DNA of 64,000 nucleotides from Eledone cirrhosa (Eukaryota): NCBI GenBank assembly GCA_964016885.1, contig OZ024740.1, positions 90,210,001-90,274,000 on the forward strand. Direction: 5' to 3'. How positions within the stretch are numbered: the stretch's first letter is position 1; each line of letters opens with the position of its first letter. The notes below the pieces were generated by a model. That model had not been told where the DNA came from. It did no database searches and saw only the letters and a program-made list of their open reading frames with translations. This document shows, piece after piece, positions 1-11,630 of this stretch. Made by a program: the position numbers and the translations under genes.

Positions 1-2604
1 GAGGTGGAGATGTCGTAGCCTGAGCGCGTGCCTGCGCATCATCAGCCACGGCATGCCCAGCCCTCCACGTAGCGGGTGTTGACAACAGATGGACCGCCTG
101 ACCATCGGAGCACGTCCCTTCCACAAAAAGCGAAAGAGCAAACGCTCCAGCGCAGTCAGGCGAGGCTTAGGACAAGGTACGACGGTTAGGCGGTAGCAGA
201 TGACAGACGCGATGTACGCGTTAGCCACCTCCGCTCGACCTTTCAGGGATAGCTTCCTCTCCGCCCATTTCTGGGTGAGAGAAGCCACCCTGCTCGTCAC
301 CTCGTCCCAGTTTTTGTCCGTCTGGAGGTCCGGACCGAACCAGACCCCTAGCAATTTAACCGGTCCGTCCGTCCAGCGCCCGACGACGCTGTTGGACGGC
401 ATGGACCTGCCTCTCCAGGTGCCGAGCTGCAGGCCCACTGACTTTTCCTGGTTGATCATTGCTCCTGTCACCGCTTCGTATTCTCTTAGTGTAGTGCCGA
501 TCGCCTCGATGTGTTTGGCGTTCGACACCACTACGGTGACATCGTCCGCATATGCTGACACGGATCTTCCGCATCCTAGTTCGCGCGGGACTCCCCTCAA
601 CGTCTCCAGTTTGTGCAGTAATGGCTCGAGAGTCAATACGTACAAGAGGGACGAGAGGGGACATCCTTGGCGGACCGAGCGCATGATGTTGAACGGTTCC
701 GACAGGTGACCGTTCACTCTCACCACAGAGCAGATGTCGCTGTGCATGGCAGCGATCCAGCCTCTGAAGACGGGCCCAAAGCCAGCCGCCCTCAGGACTG
801 CCGCTAGGTAACGATGGTCGACCCTATCGAAAGCTTTCGACTGATCTAAATTGATCAAGGACCCACCCGTGCCAGGTTCCCTAGCTACCCTCTCTACGAT
901 GTATCGCATGAGGTGGAGGTTGTCGTGGATGGATCTGTCGGGAATGGCGCATGTCTGCGCCTCTCCCACCAGACCACCAACGACAAGCGCCAACCTCTTT
1001 GCTAGCACCTTGGCCAAAATCTTAAACTCTGTGTTTAGCAGAGTTATGGGCCGGAAATTGTCTATGTTATCCCCCTTGTTCGGATCCTTTCTCAGCAGTG
1101 CCACCGCTCCTCGGCTCACAGAACTGGGAATTCTCCCGTTCTGTTGCCAGTTGCAGTAGACGTCCGCCAAGAGGCCTCCGAACAAGTCTGGCATCTGTAC
1201 GTAAAGTTCATAGGGCAGACCATCCAAACCAGGCGATTTACCCCTTGTGCAGCCAGTCATTGCCTCCCGTACTTCAGCGGCTGTTATCGGCTTTTCGCAA
1301 CACCTCGCCTCAGTGGCCGAGAGCCGCGGCAGCCCGTCGAGGTAGACACTAAAGTCCATCCCTCTACCCGGCCCCCCGCTGCCCCCGAACAGCTGAGCGA
1401 AGTGTCGCTGAAAAGTTTCACACATTTGCCCGGGATCGAGTAGCATGCGCCCGTCGTGGTCCACCAAAGACCGGATCGTGGCTTTGTTGCCACGACGCGC
1501 CTCCGCCACTCGGGCCCATTGAACGGCTTTCGTCCCCTCGTGTCTGAGAGCACGCACCCTAGCTCTGACAACGCAGCCTTCGTGCTTTGCATTGAAGAAT
1601 TGGTCAAGGGCCAATTTCGCCGCAAGCACGTCGGTTGCAATGCCTTTGCTAAGCGCCTCGTCTAATTTTCTAACTAGTTCTCCCTCTGCTCTATTTTTCT
1701 CTATTGCTAAAGCCTTACTAAACCTAATCGATTCTATTCTAATCGCTCTTTTCAGAGCAAACCACCACTTGTTGTTGACGATGGCCCCCGTCAACGCCCG
1801 CTTAACTAGTTCGCTAATCCGGTCTCTGTAGGCCTTGCGCGCTGGTAAGGACGCGTTTAGCTTCCAGTAGCCGGGTCCTCGTCTATGAAGCCTATCTAAG
1901 TCAAGCACACAGGTCACGAATTTGTGGTCCGTGTAGCTGACTATCTTGAATTGTGGACAGCCTATGCTAGACCTATCTATTTCCCTACAAAATACTCTAT
2001 CTAGATATGATCTGGATGACCCTATGCGGTTTGTCCAAGTCCACATTGGCACATTCGGGAAATCCAATCGGTACCTGTCAGACAGTTCAAAACGCCTGAG
2101 CAGGTTGGTGAGGCTCTTGCACCCTCCACCCCTATCCGCTAATCCCACACAGTCCCAGCGTGCATCTAAGATCCCGTTCCAGTCGCCCACTAACACTAAA
2201 GAGCGGGACGTTCCAAGAAAGGTCTCCAGACGCCGGAAGAAATCAGGCCGCCCTGCTCCTGTCGGGGCATAGACGGCCACTAGCCTGAAAGCTTGCCCGT
2301 CTCCGCTGGTCACGTCCAGCACCACCAGCTTACCCTCTGGGTCCAGGAAGATGGCCCGTATGGCGAGATCCAAACCTCTCCGAAAAAGTACAGCAACTCC
2401 TCCACCGGATCCAGGACGGCTGGGAGATGCGTACACATCGTAGCCGCCGAAGATCGGTGCGAAGGCCCGTGCTTCGGAGATTCTGGTCTCGCTGATGGCC
2501 ACTACATCTATGTTTAGTGACCTGAGGTCGTTGAGCAGGTGACCCTGCTTCCATGACGACCCCAAGCCACGCGCATTTATGCTGCCTATTCTGAGTGAGG
2601 TCAT
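1..2604 (-). CDS. ORF2: apurinic-like endonuclease + reverse transcriptase (partial, runs off the window edge)
   Basis: Manual translation from ATG at 2604 gives MTSLRIGSINARGLGSSWKQGHLLNDLRSLNIDVVAISET (APE N-terminal motifs). The RT motif SAYADDV near 540-558 is in the same frame. Its absence from the ORF track fits an ORF with no stop inside the window. Confidence 0.88.
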   Translation of the reverse strand, partial: MTSLRIGSINARGLGSSWKQGHLLNDLRSLNIDVVAISETRISEARAFAPIFGGYDVYASPSRPGSGGGVAVLFRRGLDLAIRAIFLDPEGKLVVLDVTSGDGQAFRLVAVYAPTGAGRPDFFRRLETFLGTSRSLVLVGDWNGILDARWDCVGLADRGGGCKSLTNLLRRFELSDRYRLDFPNVPMWTWTNRIGSSRSYLDRVFCREIDRSSIGCPQFKIVSYTDHKFVTCVLDLDRLHRRGPGYWKLNASLPARKAYRDRISELVKRALTGAIVNNKWWFALKRAIRIESIRFSKALAIEKNRAEGELVRKLDEALSKGIATDVLAAKLALDQFFNAKHEGCVVRARVRALRHEGTKAVQWARVAEARRGNKATIRSLVDHDGRMLLDPGQMCETFQRHFAQLFGGSGGPGRGMDFSVYLDGLPRLSATEARCCEKPITAAEVREAMTGCTRGKSPGLDGLPYELYVQMPDLFGGLLADVYCNWQQNGRIPSSVSRGAVALLRKDPNKGDNIDNFRPITLLNTEFKILAKVLAKRLALVVGGLVGEAQTCAIPDRSIHDNLHLMRYIVERVAREPGTGGSLINLDQSKAFDRVDHRYLAAVLRAAGFGPVFRGWIAAMHSDICSVVRVNGHLSEPFNIMRSVRQGCPLSSLLYVLTLEPLLHKLETLRGVPRELGCGRSVSAYADDVTVVVSNAKHIEAIGTTLREYEAVTGAMINQEKSVGLQLGTWRGRSMPSNSVVGRWTDGPVKLLGVWFGPDLQTDKNWDEVTSRVASLTQKWAERKLSLKGRAEVANAYIASVICYRLTVVPCPKPRLTALERLLFRFLWKGRAPMVRRSICCQHPLRGGLGMPWLMMRRHALRLRHLHL

Positions 2605-2639
2605 GTTTAAAATAGAGTGGAAAAGATGGGAAAGACCAC

Positions 2640-4739
2640 TTACCGTATTTTTGGTAGAGGAGGGATGGTTTTTACATCCCTTTTCACTTGATCGTCTGGT
2701 GAAGGGACCGTTGAATCGTCCCTTCGGCTGGTCGTCGGCTCTTCTAAGAGAATGTCTGAATATACTCTTCGATTAATGGTTCCTCCTAGGTCCCTGAAAT
2801 CACCAACTGCGTTGGGAAATTTCGTTTTAATGTTTGTGTATTGTTTCTGTGCTATTTTTAGCAGTCTTATGTTAGTTGGCGTTTTGATTGGTGCTGGTAT
2901 TATGTAGTCCTGTTGTGAAATGTCTGTGTGTTCAATTATGTAAGTCATTAGTTTCTTGTTGTGTGTGTTTATTGCCGTGCATTTGTTTTTCTGGGGGTGG
3001 GGTGTGGTTCTGCTATTTTCTTGTCGTTGTTGCTGGGTGTGTGTGTTTTGTTGTTGTGTTTGCGATGTTGGTGCTTGTGGTGGTGGTGTTGAAGGTGTTG
3101 TTGGCGGTGGGGTTGTCGCCGGTGGTGATGGTGGTGCTGGTGTGGGTGGTGATGGTGTTGGTGGTGTTGCTGCTGTGGGTCTCTTTGCAGTAGACTTTAC
3201 CCTTTTCTCATTTCTTTCCTCCCTTTTCAAAGGCGACGATGCGCTGCTTCTGCGTTTGTGCCTTCTTGAGACCTTTTGCCATCCCTCTCCCACCTCACAC
3301 TCCATGTCTGATTCTGTAAGGTCGGGGAGGGGTACCAGCTCCACTCTTTCACTTGTTGTTGTTGGTGATGTTTGCACTGGAGTCTCTGTTGCAGCTGCAT
3401 TTGGTATTGCTGTTGTTGTTGTTAATATTTCCACTGCTGCTGCTGTCTTTGATTTCCGTGGAGTGGGTATGGGTGCCACGGACCTATCGTTCCTGGTTGC
3501 CGCTTGTCCTGTTGCTGGTAGCCGTGGAACCGGATTCGGGAGGAGGGGGGTTTTCTCCTTTCTCAGGGTCTTCTCGTTGCAGAAGGCCCTGAGGTGAGTC
3601 TTCGATCCACAGCGAAAGCATTTCGGGCGTTTGCCCTCAACACTTATGGGCAGTTGAGTGCCGTTATCGAAGTCTATCACATCCGGGATAGCTTCGATGC
3701 ACTCCTGGTTGGTTTGGATTAGCATCTCAATGGAGGAGCCGACCCAATCTTCTCTTACTTTTTTCTGTACTTGCAGTACAGTTGTTTTGTCCTCGATTCC
3801 GACGAGGACAGACGCGGCCAGCCAAGAAGGGGTCATTCCGGGGGGGACGTGGGTCAGTTTGACCCTCACAATTTTTTGCCCGCAGTAGGAGGGCACCAAC
3901 ACCATTTCCTCGCTCCTTAGGGTCACTACTGATTGGGCCTTTGCCTCCTGGGGTGTGGCAAAAAGTACGTCTACGGTGGCGTATTTTTTGCCTCGGGTGA
4001 TGTGCGTTTTCCTCTGCCACACAGACCCCAAGGCTTTTTGTATTTGGGCCTCTGTGGCTCTTTCCACCCTACGGGATTTTGTACTTACTGTACGGTACGT
4101 GACCGTACAGTGCTCTTGGGTTTCGAAAAAATTTTTCGCTGCCTTGCAGATTGCTCGGTGTCCGTTCTTTGTCACCATCTTCTTCGCTTCCTCTAATTCC
4201 TCATTTGTTATGAGGATTGTTTCCAGGTTTTTCGCAATACCTGCAAATGAGATTGGTTTTTCTCTGCTGTTGTTGTTGTCGTCAGAGCTGCTGGTACTTT
4301 TGTTGTTGTTGCAGGTACTACGACTACTGCCTCCGCCGCTGTTGCTGTGGTTGTTGTTGGTGTTGCTGCTGCTAATGCTGTTGTTGTTTATGCTGCTGGT
4401 GATGCTGTTGCGGCTGCTACTGTTGTTTTCATTGTCACTGTTGCTGTTGTTATTACGGCTGCTACTGCTATTATTCCTGACGTCAGACGAATGAACTGGG
4501 TTTTCGTATTTCCCGCACACCTGTTTCGTCGCTGTCGTCGTCGTCGTGGAGAAACCTTGCACGCTTTGCACGAGACTTTTCTTTTCTTTCGTCGCTTGCG
4601 AAAGAGAAGGTAGGGAGAGAGACACATTTAAAGAAGGGAGGGAGAGAGACAATCTTCTCTCTCCTGTAGTGATGATTGAGGAAGAAGAAGACGGAATGAG
4701 TGGGAGTGACGTATGAAATTTTTTTTTTTTGGTAGCCAT
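2640..4739 (-). CDS. ORF1 (gag-like nucleic-acid-binding protein) of the Tx1-like LINE, about 699 aa
   Basis: ORF track 2640..4772; first ATG at 4739 (MATKKKKF). Contains zinc knuckle CFRCGSKTHLRAFC plus Ser/Asn-rich and Pro/Thr-rich low-complexity tracts. Confidence 0.85.
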   Translation of the reverse strand: MATKKKKFHTSLPLIPSSSSSIITTGERRLSLSLPSLNVSLSLPSLSQATKEKKSLVQSVQGFSTTTTTATKQVCGKYENPVHSSDVRNNSSSSRNNNSNSDNENNSSSRNSITSSINNNSISSSNTNNNHSNSGGGSSRSTCNNNKSTSSSDDNNNSREKPISFAGIAKNLETILITNEELEEAKKMVTKNGHRAICKAAKNFFETQEHCTVTYRTVSTKSRRVERATEAQIQKALGSVWQRKTHITRGKKYATVDVLFATPQEAKAQSVVTLRSEEMVLVPSYCGQKIVRVKLTHVPPGMTPSWLAASVLVGIEDKTTVLQVQKKVREDWVGSSIEMLIQTNQECIEAIPDVIDFDNGTQLPISVEGKRPKCFRCGSKTHLRAFCNEKTLRKEKTPLLPNPVPRLPATGQAATRNDRSVAPIPTPRKSKTAAAVEILTTTTAIPNAAATETPVQTSPTTTSERVELVPLPDLTESDMECEVGEGWQKVSRRHKRRSSASSPLKREERNEKRVKSTAKRPTAATPPTPSPPTPAPPSPPATTPPPTTPSTPPPQAPTSQTQQQNTHTQQQRQENSRTTPHPQKNKCTAINTHNKKLMTYIIEHTDISQQDYIIPAPIKTPTNIRLLKIAQKQYTNIKTKFPNAVGDFRDLGGTINRRVYSDILLEEPTTSRRDDSTVPSPDDQVKRDVKTIPPLPKIR

Positions 4740-5043
4740 GTTTTTTTGTTTAAAATGAAATTTTGGGTACAAAACCCCAATAACTGGTTATTTAACCCCG
4801 AAGGGCCAAATAACGGACAGAAAGACCCCTCTCACGAGGAGGAGGGTGTCTTTATCAACAATTTGGTTCAAGTTTTAAACAATTTACAATTGTTTTAACG
4901 GTTAAAAATTACTATACCTTACAGAGCCGAGCCTCCGTCAACCATGGCATTCAATAATAATAATAATAATAATAGTACAAATGCTACGTAAAGCACCCGG
5001 CTTGAGCCCCAAAAAAATTCGGACCCAAAATATATTGTTATAA

Positions 5044-6349
5044 GGCTCAAATATTCAAATATTCAACTTTGTATTGTACACTGTATATCCCAAAAAAAAT
5101 GGCTATAAATGGAAGAAGACGAACCCCCCCCTCCTCTCCTCTGGCTGCACTATATAGGACAGCTAAACTCACCAACACCAGAAACTAGATACACCACCCA
5201 CCCCATCATATGTGTACACTAAACACAACAGCATTTTCACCTTCACCGCCACCGCTCACTACGGCCATCATTACCACCACTATCCCATCACCGCCGCCAC
5301 CACCCCTTGACTCCTTCACTGCTGCTGCCACCGCTACAGCACCATCACTACAGTAAGACGGCTCAAATATTCAAATATTCAACTTTGTATTGTACACTGT
5401 ATATCCCAAAAAAAATAAAATGGCTATAAATGGAAGAAGAAGAACCCCCCCCCCCCCCTCCTCTCCTCTGGCTACACTATATAGGACAGCGAAACTCACC
5501 AACACCAGAAACTAGATACACCACCCACCCCATCATCTGTGTACACTAAACACAACAGCATTTTCACCTTCACCGCCACCGCTCACTACGGCCATCATTA
5601 CCACCACTATCCCATCACCGCCGCCACCACCCCTTGACTCCTTCACTGCTGCTGCCACCGCTACAGCACCATCACTACAGTAATACGGCTCAAATATTCA
5701 AATATTCAACTTTGTATTGTACACTGTATATCCAAAAAAAAAAAAAAAAATAAATAAAATGGCTATAAATGGAAGAAGAAGAACCCCCTCCCCCTCCTCT
5801 CCTCTGGCTACACTATATAGGACAGCGAAACTCACCAACACCAGAAACTAGATACACCACCCACCCCATCATCTGTGTACACTAAACACAACAGCATTTT
5901 CACCTTCACCGCCACCGCTCACTACGGCCATCATTACCACCACTACCCCATCACCGCCGCCACCACCCCTTGACTCCTTCACTGCTGCTGCCACCGCTAC
6001 AGCACCATCACTACAGTAATACGGCTCAAATATTCAAATATTCAACTTTGTATTGTACACTGTATATCCCCCCCCAAAAAAAATAAAATGGCTATAAATG
6101 GAAGAAGAAGAACCCCCCCTCCTCTCCTCTGGCTACACTATATAGGACAGCGAAACTCACCAACACCAGAAACTAGATACACCACCCACCCCATCATCTG
6201 TGTACACTAAACACAACAGCATTTTCACCGTCACCGCCACCGCTCACTACGGCCATCATTACCACCACTATCCCATCACCGCCGCCACCACCCCCTGACT
6301 CCTTCACTGCTGCTGCCACCGCTACAGCACCATCACTACAGTAATACGG
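5044..6349. repeat. Tandem repeat, 4 near-identical units of about 316-336 bp
   Basis: Units start GGCTCAAATATTCAAATATTC at 5044, 5360, 5687 and 6023, and differ mainly in A- and C-homopolymer lengths. Confidence 0.95.
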
Positions 6350-6739
6350 TCGCATCACCGCCACCACTGCCTCGGTACCGACATCACCACCACCACTGTC
6401 TCAGTATCGCCAACGCCGCCAATCTCTGCTGGCTACCACTTCCACATTATAGAATTCCTACTACTAACAAAGAGGAAGGCATCAAAATATATAGATAGAC
6501 TCAAAAGAAAAAAGAAAAAACAAACAACAAAAGCAGCACAGCAACAACAACAGTAAAAAACGAGAGAAACAGAGAAAAACAAAAACAAAAAAAGAAACCC
6601 CAAAAACGTAAAGAAAATAAGAATGAAGAGAGAAGCAGGCGGACGGACAGAGAAGAGGGGGGAAAAAGTAAAACTTAAAAAACAAAAACTAAGTCAGACA
6701 TTCGAATACTACATTACAATGAAACTTATGCTTATTCAT

Positions 6740-9700
6740 TTTTGGGGCCCTTTCTGCCAGTGTTTGTTTGTTTATGTGTGTCCGTATACAGCGTGGTGAT
6801 AATGCATTTGGGCCAAGTGGGATGGCGGATCCACAGATGGCTATGTAAACATACATTCGCCAATCCTCGATAAGAGTGTTTAAATATCGAACATAAACAG
6901 TTCGAATAACGGTGAAATGGAGACTAGAACGTCATGTGACAGACTCTCACCCAACAGGTGCCCCCTGGCTCAGCAGCAGGAACCTGACTGTCAACCAAAT
7001 ACTGCTGATGTTGGAGGAAGAAGAAGAAGGAAAGGGGCCAGAACCAACTGGACGAAAGAATTGAATAGAACTGTTATGCAATGCTACCTGAAAAGTAACC
7101 CCAAGGAGAGGGGCTACAGGAGACGGATGCATAACATCTGGAACGAGATTGGTTTATTTAAATTAGATGAACAAAAATTGGCCGGGCAGGCTCGGGTAAT
7201 AAGAACTAATGGGTGGATAAGCGAGCTGGAACTGGAGGAACTGAGCAGAGAGAATGGCTTGGAGATGGCGGGTGTAGTATGCCAGACAAGCGAGCCGGCG
7301 GGAAATGAAGGTGAGGAGGTCCTGAGAACGGAGGAACCACCCGAAGCAGACAATGATCTGAATACTGGGATAAATAATACCTGGAACAGAGATACGGCCA
7401 CTGAGGAGATGAATGCTGACGGGCTAGGACAAGATTCGGTTGACATCCTAAATTTAGTGGTAGATGAGTTGAACAATGATAGTGGGAGACCTATGAACCT
7501 AAGATTTGTAGACAGGAAAAAGTTAAAAGAAACAACAGCTAAGGTAAACAAAGTCATCCCATACCTTGAGGCGAGGAGTCTTCACCAGTGCAACAATATC
7601 CTCAAAGCAACAGCAAGTACGGTGAGGAAACTACTTGGTATAAAAGCGAGAGGAAACAACAGACAAGAAAGAGCAGAGCCGTGGTGGAGGAAGCGACTGA
7701 GTGGGCAAATCGGGGAAATGAGAAATGACATAGGAAAGCTTGAGTCACTACTGAATGGGACACTAAAAAACATAGGCACTAAAAATAGACTGGAAATAAA
7801 ATACAAAACTAGGAGTAAAAAGCTAAATATTATCATAGAGGAATTGAAGCAACGCATTGTAGCAAAGAGTGCCAAAATCAGGCGATACGAGAACAGAGTC
7901 AGTCAGTATAAACAGAACCGCATGTTCGACAACAACCAGAAGATGCTGTTTGGACAGCTTGAGGGGAAAGAAAGAGGCAACGACTTGATCCCTGGGGCGG
8001 AACAAGCTAAAACATTCTGGAGAGGAATATGGGAGCAGGATGTTAGACACAATGCCCAGGCAGGGTGGATTGAGACAGTACAGAGGGAGATCGGTGAGCA
8101 GGCACAGCAACAGACTGATTTGAGTATCACAGTTGAAACTCTTAAGGGGCAAGCCAAAAAAACTAACCAACTGGAAATCACCAGGCCCAGATGGTGTGCA
8201 GGGGTATTGGATTAAACATTTAACATCCCTCCACCCGAAGCTGACGGCCATGTTCAATGACTGCTTGGTGTCGGGTGAGGTGCCAGAGTGGTTGACAAAA
8301 GGTACCACAGTTCTGATAATGAAAGACCGAATCAAGGGTAATGATGTTACCAACTATAGACCTATCACATGTCTGCCCGTAATGTGGAAACTGTTGACGA
8401 GCATTGTGTCTGAGGAAATCTACCATCACCTCCACACAAACAACTTGTTGCCGGACGAACAGAAAGGATGCCGAAAGAAGTCACGTGGTACAAAGGACCA
8501 GTTGCTTATTGATAAGATGGTAATGGGGAATTGCAGGAGGAGACACACTGATCTTGCCATGGGATGGATAGACTACAGAAAGGCATTTGACATGGTGCCT
8601 CATTCCTGGATCACCAAAAGCCTGGAGATCTTCAGGGTGGCAGATAACATCAGACAGTTGCTGGGCAGGAGTATGGGGTCCTGGGAGACAGAGTTGACAT
8701 CAACTGGAGTATCCTTGGGAAGCGTGAAGATCAAGAGAGGTATCTTCCAGGGAGATAGCCTGTCCCCTCTGTTGTTTGTCCTTGCCCTGATGCCCTTGAC
8801 CATTATGCTGCGAAAAGTGAGAGCAGGATACAAGTTGGGAAGGGGAGAGCTTACCATCAATCACCTCCTCTTCATGGACGATCTTAAGCTCTTCGGGAAA
8901 AGTGAGAAGGAGTTGGATGTGCTTGTTGACACTGTCCGTATTTTCAGCAGTGATATATGTATGCAGTTTGGTATTGGTAAATGTGGAGTCATTGTGATGA
9001 GGAGGGGTAGGTTGAGCAGAAGTAACGGGATCCAGATACCAACAGGTGAGATGATAAAGGAAATTGACTCTGAGGAAGGATACAAGTATTTGGGCGTTCT
9101 GGAGGCTGATGGCATAAAGAACAAAAAAATGAAGGAATTCTTAAGAACTGAATACATTCGGAGAGTAAGGAGCGTATTGAAGTCACATCTGAACAGCAGA
9201 AATGCCATAAGCGCAGTAAATTCCCGAGCTGTGTCTATTATTAGGTACAGTGCGGGAATCCTGAGATGGAATGTTGCTGAACAAAAAGAAATGGATAGGA
9301 AGACTAGGAAGCTATTGACTATCTACAACATGTTCCACAAGAGGAGTGATGTCGATAGACTCTACCTAAGGAGATCTGAGGGTGGAAGAGGTCTTATCAG
9401 CATAGAGGACTGTGTTCAGATGGAGAAAAACAACCTATACAAATACGTGACCTATAGTAAGGAGCCAATGCTCAGAGCTGTACTGAAGGAGGGGACAGTA
9501 GGCCAGGGGATACCCAAGGAGGAAATAACATCAAGGAGGAAGAGCAGCCTTAAGGGAAAATCCCTTCATAGTACCTTCTTTGAGAAAACTGAATTTAGAG
9601 ATCCACAGACATGGAACTGGTTGAGAAGAGGAGACCTCAAAAAGGCTACAGAAGGAATGCTAATGGCTGCGCAGGAGCAGGCCCTCAAAACGAAGTGGTT

Positions 9701-10414
9701 GAAGCACCATATCTACAAGGAGGAGGCTAGCCCACTGTGCAGGATCTGTGGAGAGAGAGAGGAGACTGTGGCTCACATTGTGTCCGAGTGTAAACACCTA
9801 GCCCAGACCCACTATAAGGGCTGGAGACACGATGTGATGGGCAGGGTGATCCACTGGCACCTGTGCAAAGTAAACAATCTACCACACTCTGAGAAATGGT
9901 ATGAGCATAGGCCAGAGGCGGTGATGGAGAACAGTCAGGTGAAGGTGCTGTGGGATTTTAGGATACAGACGGACAAAAAACTGGAACACAATAGACCTGA
10001 CCTGGTGGTTGTGGACAAAGAAAAAAGATCGTGCCTGATTGTGGATGTGGCCTGCCCGTTCGACACGAGAGTGCAAGAGAAGGAGAGGGAGAAAATTAAC
10101 CGATACCAGGACCTAAAGTGGGAGGTGAAAAGGATTTGGAACTGCCATGAAGTCAAAGTGATCCCGATTGTCATAGGCGCACTGGGGACTATCTCCAAAG
10201 GTTTCCAGGGATGGTTAAAGAAAATCGGCCCCTTCACGCTTTTTGGAACGCTTCAAAAGGCATGCTTGCTTGGAACGGCAAGAACCCTCCGATACGTCCT
10301 GAATATCTGAGGCTGCAGGTAGTGGCTTGATATTCAATCCAACGGACTTTCCAGTTAACCAACATCAATGACTGAGATTCAAGGAATAACAATAACAATA
10401 ATAATAATAATAAT
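6740..10414 (+). mobile_element. R4/Dong-type non-LTR retrotransposon (restriction-like endonuclease), near full length
   Basis: Single long RT-CCHC-RLE coding region followed by a short 3' UTR and an (AAT)n tail at 10385-10414. The 5' boundary is approximate. Confidence 0.85.
6917..10310 (+). CDS. RT + CCHC + PD-(D/E)xK endonuclease polyprotein, split by one frameshift at the A7 run 8156-8162
   Basis: ORFs 6917..8215 and 8133..10310 join as QAKKLTNWKSPGPDG if one A is removed. Motifs: YRPITCL, DYRKAFD, QGDSLSPLLF, FMDDLK, YKYLG, CRICGEREETVAHIVSEC, RHD, RPDLVVVD..IVDVACP..KINRY. Confidence 0.9.
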
Positions 10415-10448
10415 CCCATAACCGGAATACTCCTACTGTTGGCCCTCT

Positions 10449-11630
10449 ATGTTTACCACCAAGAAATCCAAAGAAAAAGAGAGAAAATGGTCAAGGGAAG
10501 ATAATAAAGAAGTCCTTGAGCCTTTCTACACTGCCATGTACTACCCATCAAATACATCGAATACAGAACAGACATATATCAACTGTAAAATGAAACATCC
10601 CGAAAACAGAGTCTATATTGACAGTACCAAACTAGCCAATATACAAAGAAACATTGTTATAAAAAAGTTACTAACTGATATAGAAATTTATCAGATCAAG
10701 CTATTAGCACAAAGTTATCGAAGGGAAAATGAAACATGTGTCAGTGAAAACGAGGTAAATTGCAACACTTCGAACCCCAGGGTTGGAGCGGAATCACTGA
10801 CAACAGAACAAATTAAAGAAAGGATCGAAAATGTGGAGGGAGTGCATGCTCAAGATGAAACTCAAAATGAAAACAATGAGATCGTAAATGATAAAGAAAT
10901 GAATAAGAATGAACTTGCCAACTTGAAGGATGAAATTATGATCGAATGGATGAAAATGAAAGAATCTGATATGGGGGAACGAGACACTCTCCCTAAGTTC
11001 CAGCACTCCAAACAGAACCAAAAGATAATACACAAGACTGACATAATTCTCAAAAACATTATCATCACAAACAAACTAAACATTACTGATTTAAATCATC
11101 TATATTATGCATCGGCTAAAGTCACCACTCACTTATGTGGAGTGAACATGAAAAAACAAAGGAGTTCCCACAATAAATCTACTTGGCAAGAGAACATCTA
11201 TCGCCAAATAAACCTTCTCCGATCTGTCATAGAAATTTTAACAAATTACACAATAGGTGAATATGTTAAACAAACTAAACTTAGAAAATTGAAAAGAAAA
11301 TACAGTATAAAATCAACAAGTGACATAGACATGCTGATAGAAATAATCAAGCAAAAAGTGTCGGCCAAACTGCTCGTATAAGGCGCTTTGCAAAACGATC
11401 TAGATTCTATAAGGACAATAATATGTTCAAAAACAATCAAAGAAACTTCTACAGAAAAATTCACAAGTCAACAATAACTGCTAAATCAATACCTCCCAAG
11501 GAAGAAGTGCAAGAATTCTGGGAAAAGATCTGAGCCGAAGAAAAAGTTCATAATATACATGCGCCATGGATAGACAGACAAATAAAAGATACAGCTCACC
11601 TTGAGGAAGAAACATGGGAAAATATATAAC
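10449..11630 (+). pseudogene. Decayed N-terminal half of a second R4/Dong-like family
   Basis: KWSREDNKEV..KLAN..IIKQKVSAK, then frameshifted IRRF..NNMFKNNQ..EFWEKI. This parallels the N-terminus of the 6917 protein (NWTKELNRTV..KLAG..LKQRIVAK..IRRY..NRMFDNNQ..TFWRGIW). Confidence 0.7.

Larger units (their letters stand above)
1..4952 (-). mobile_element. Tx1/L1-clade non-LTR retrotransposon, 5'-complete, apparently intact, 3' end outside the window
   Basis: Two-ORF layout (ORF1 with CCHC knuckle, ORF2 with APE endonuclease + RT). The 5' end abuts an (AAT)n tract at 4953-4973. A closely similar copy lies at 60709-63903. Confidence 0.9.

Noticed and set aside
200-2776. Plus-strand and alternative-frame ORFs over the Tx1 element (also 61971-63436)
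   Set aside because: Shadow frames of ORF2 with no independent motifs.
6740-6880. HDV-like ribozyme in the Dong 5' UTR
   Set aside because: Only a simple stem (GGATGGCGGA/TTCGCCAATCC) was found; I could not build the nested double pseudoknot.
8156-8163. A AAA AAC slippery heptamer as a programmed -1 frameshift
   Set aside because: Joining the two ORFs needs +1, not -1.
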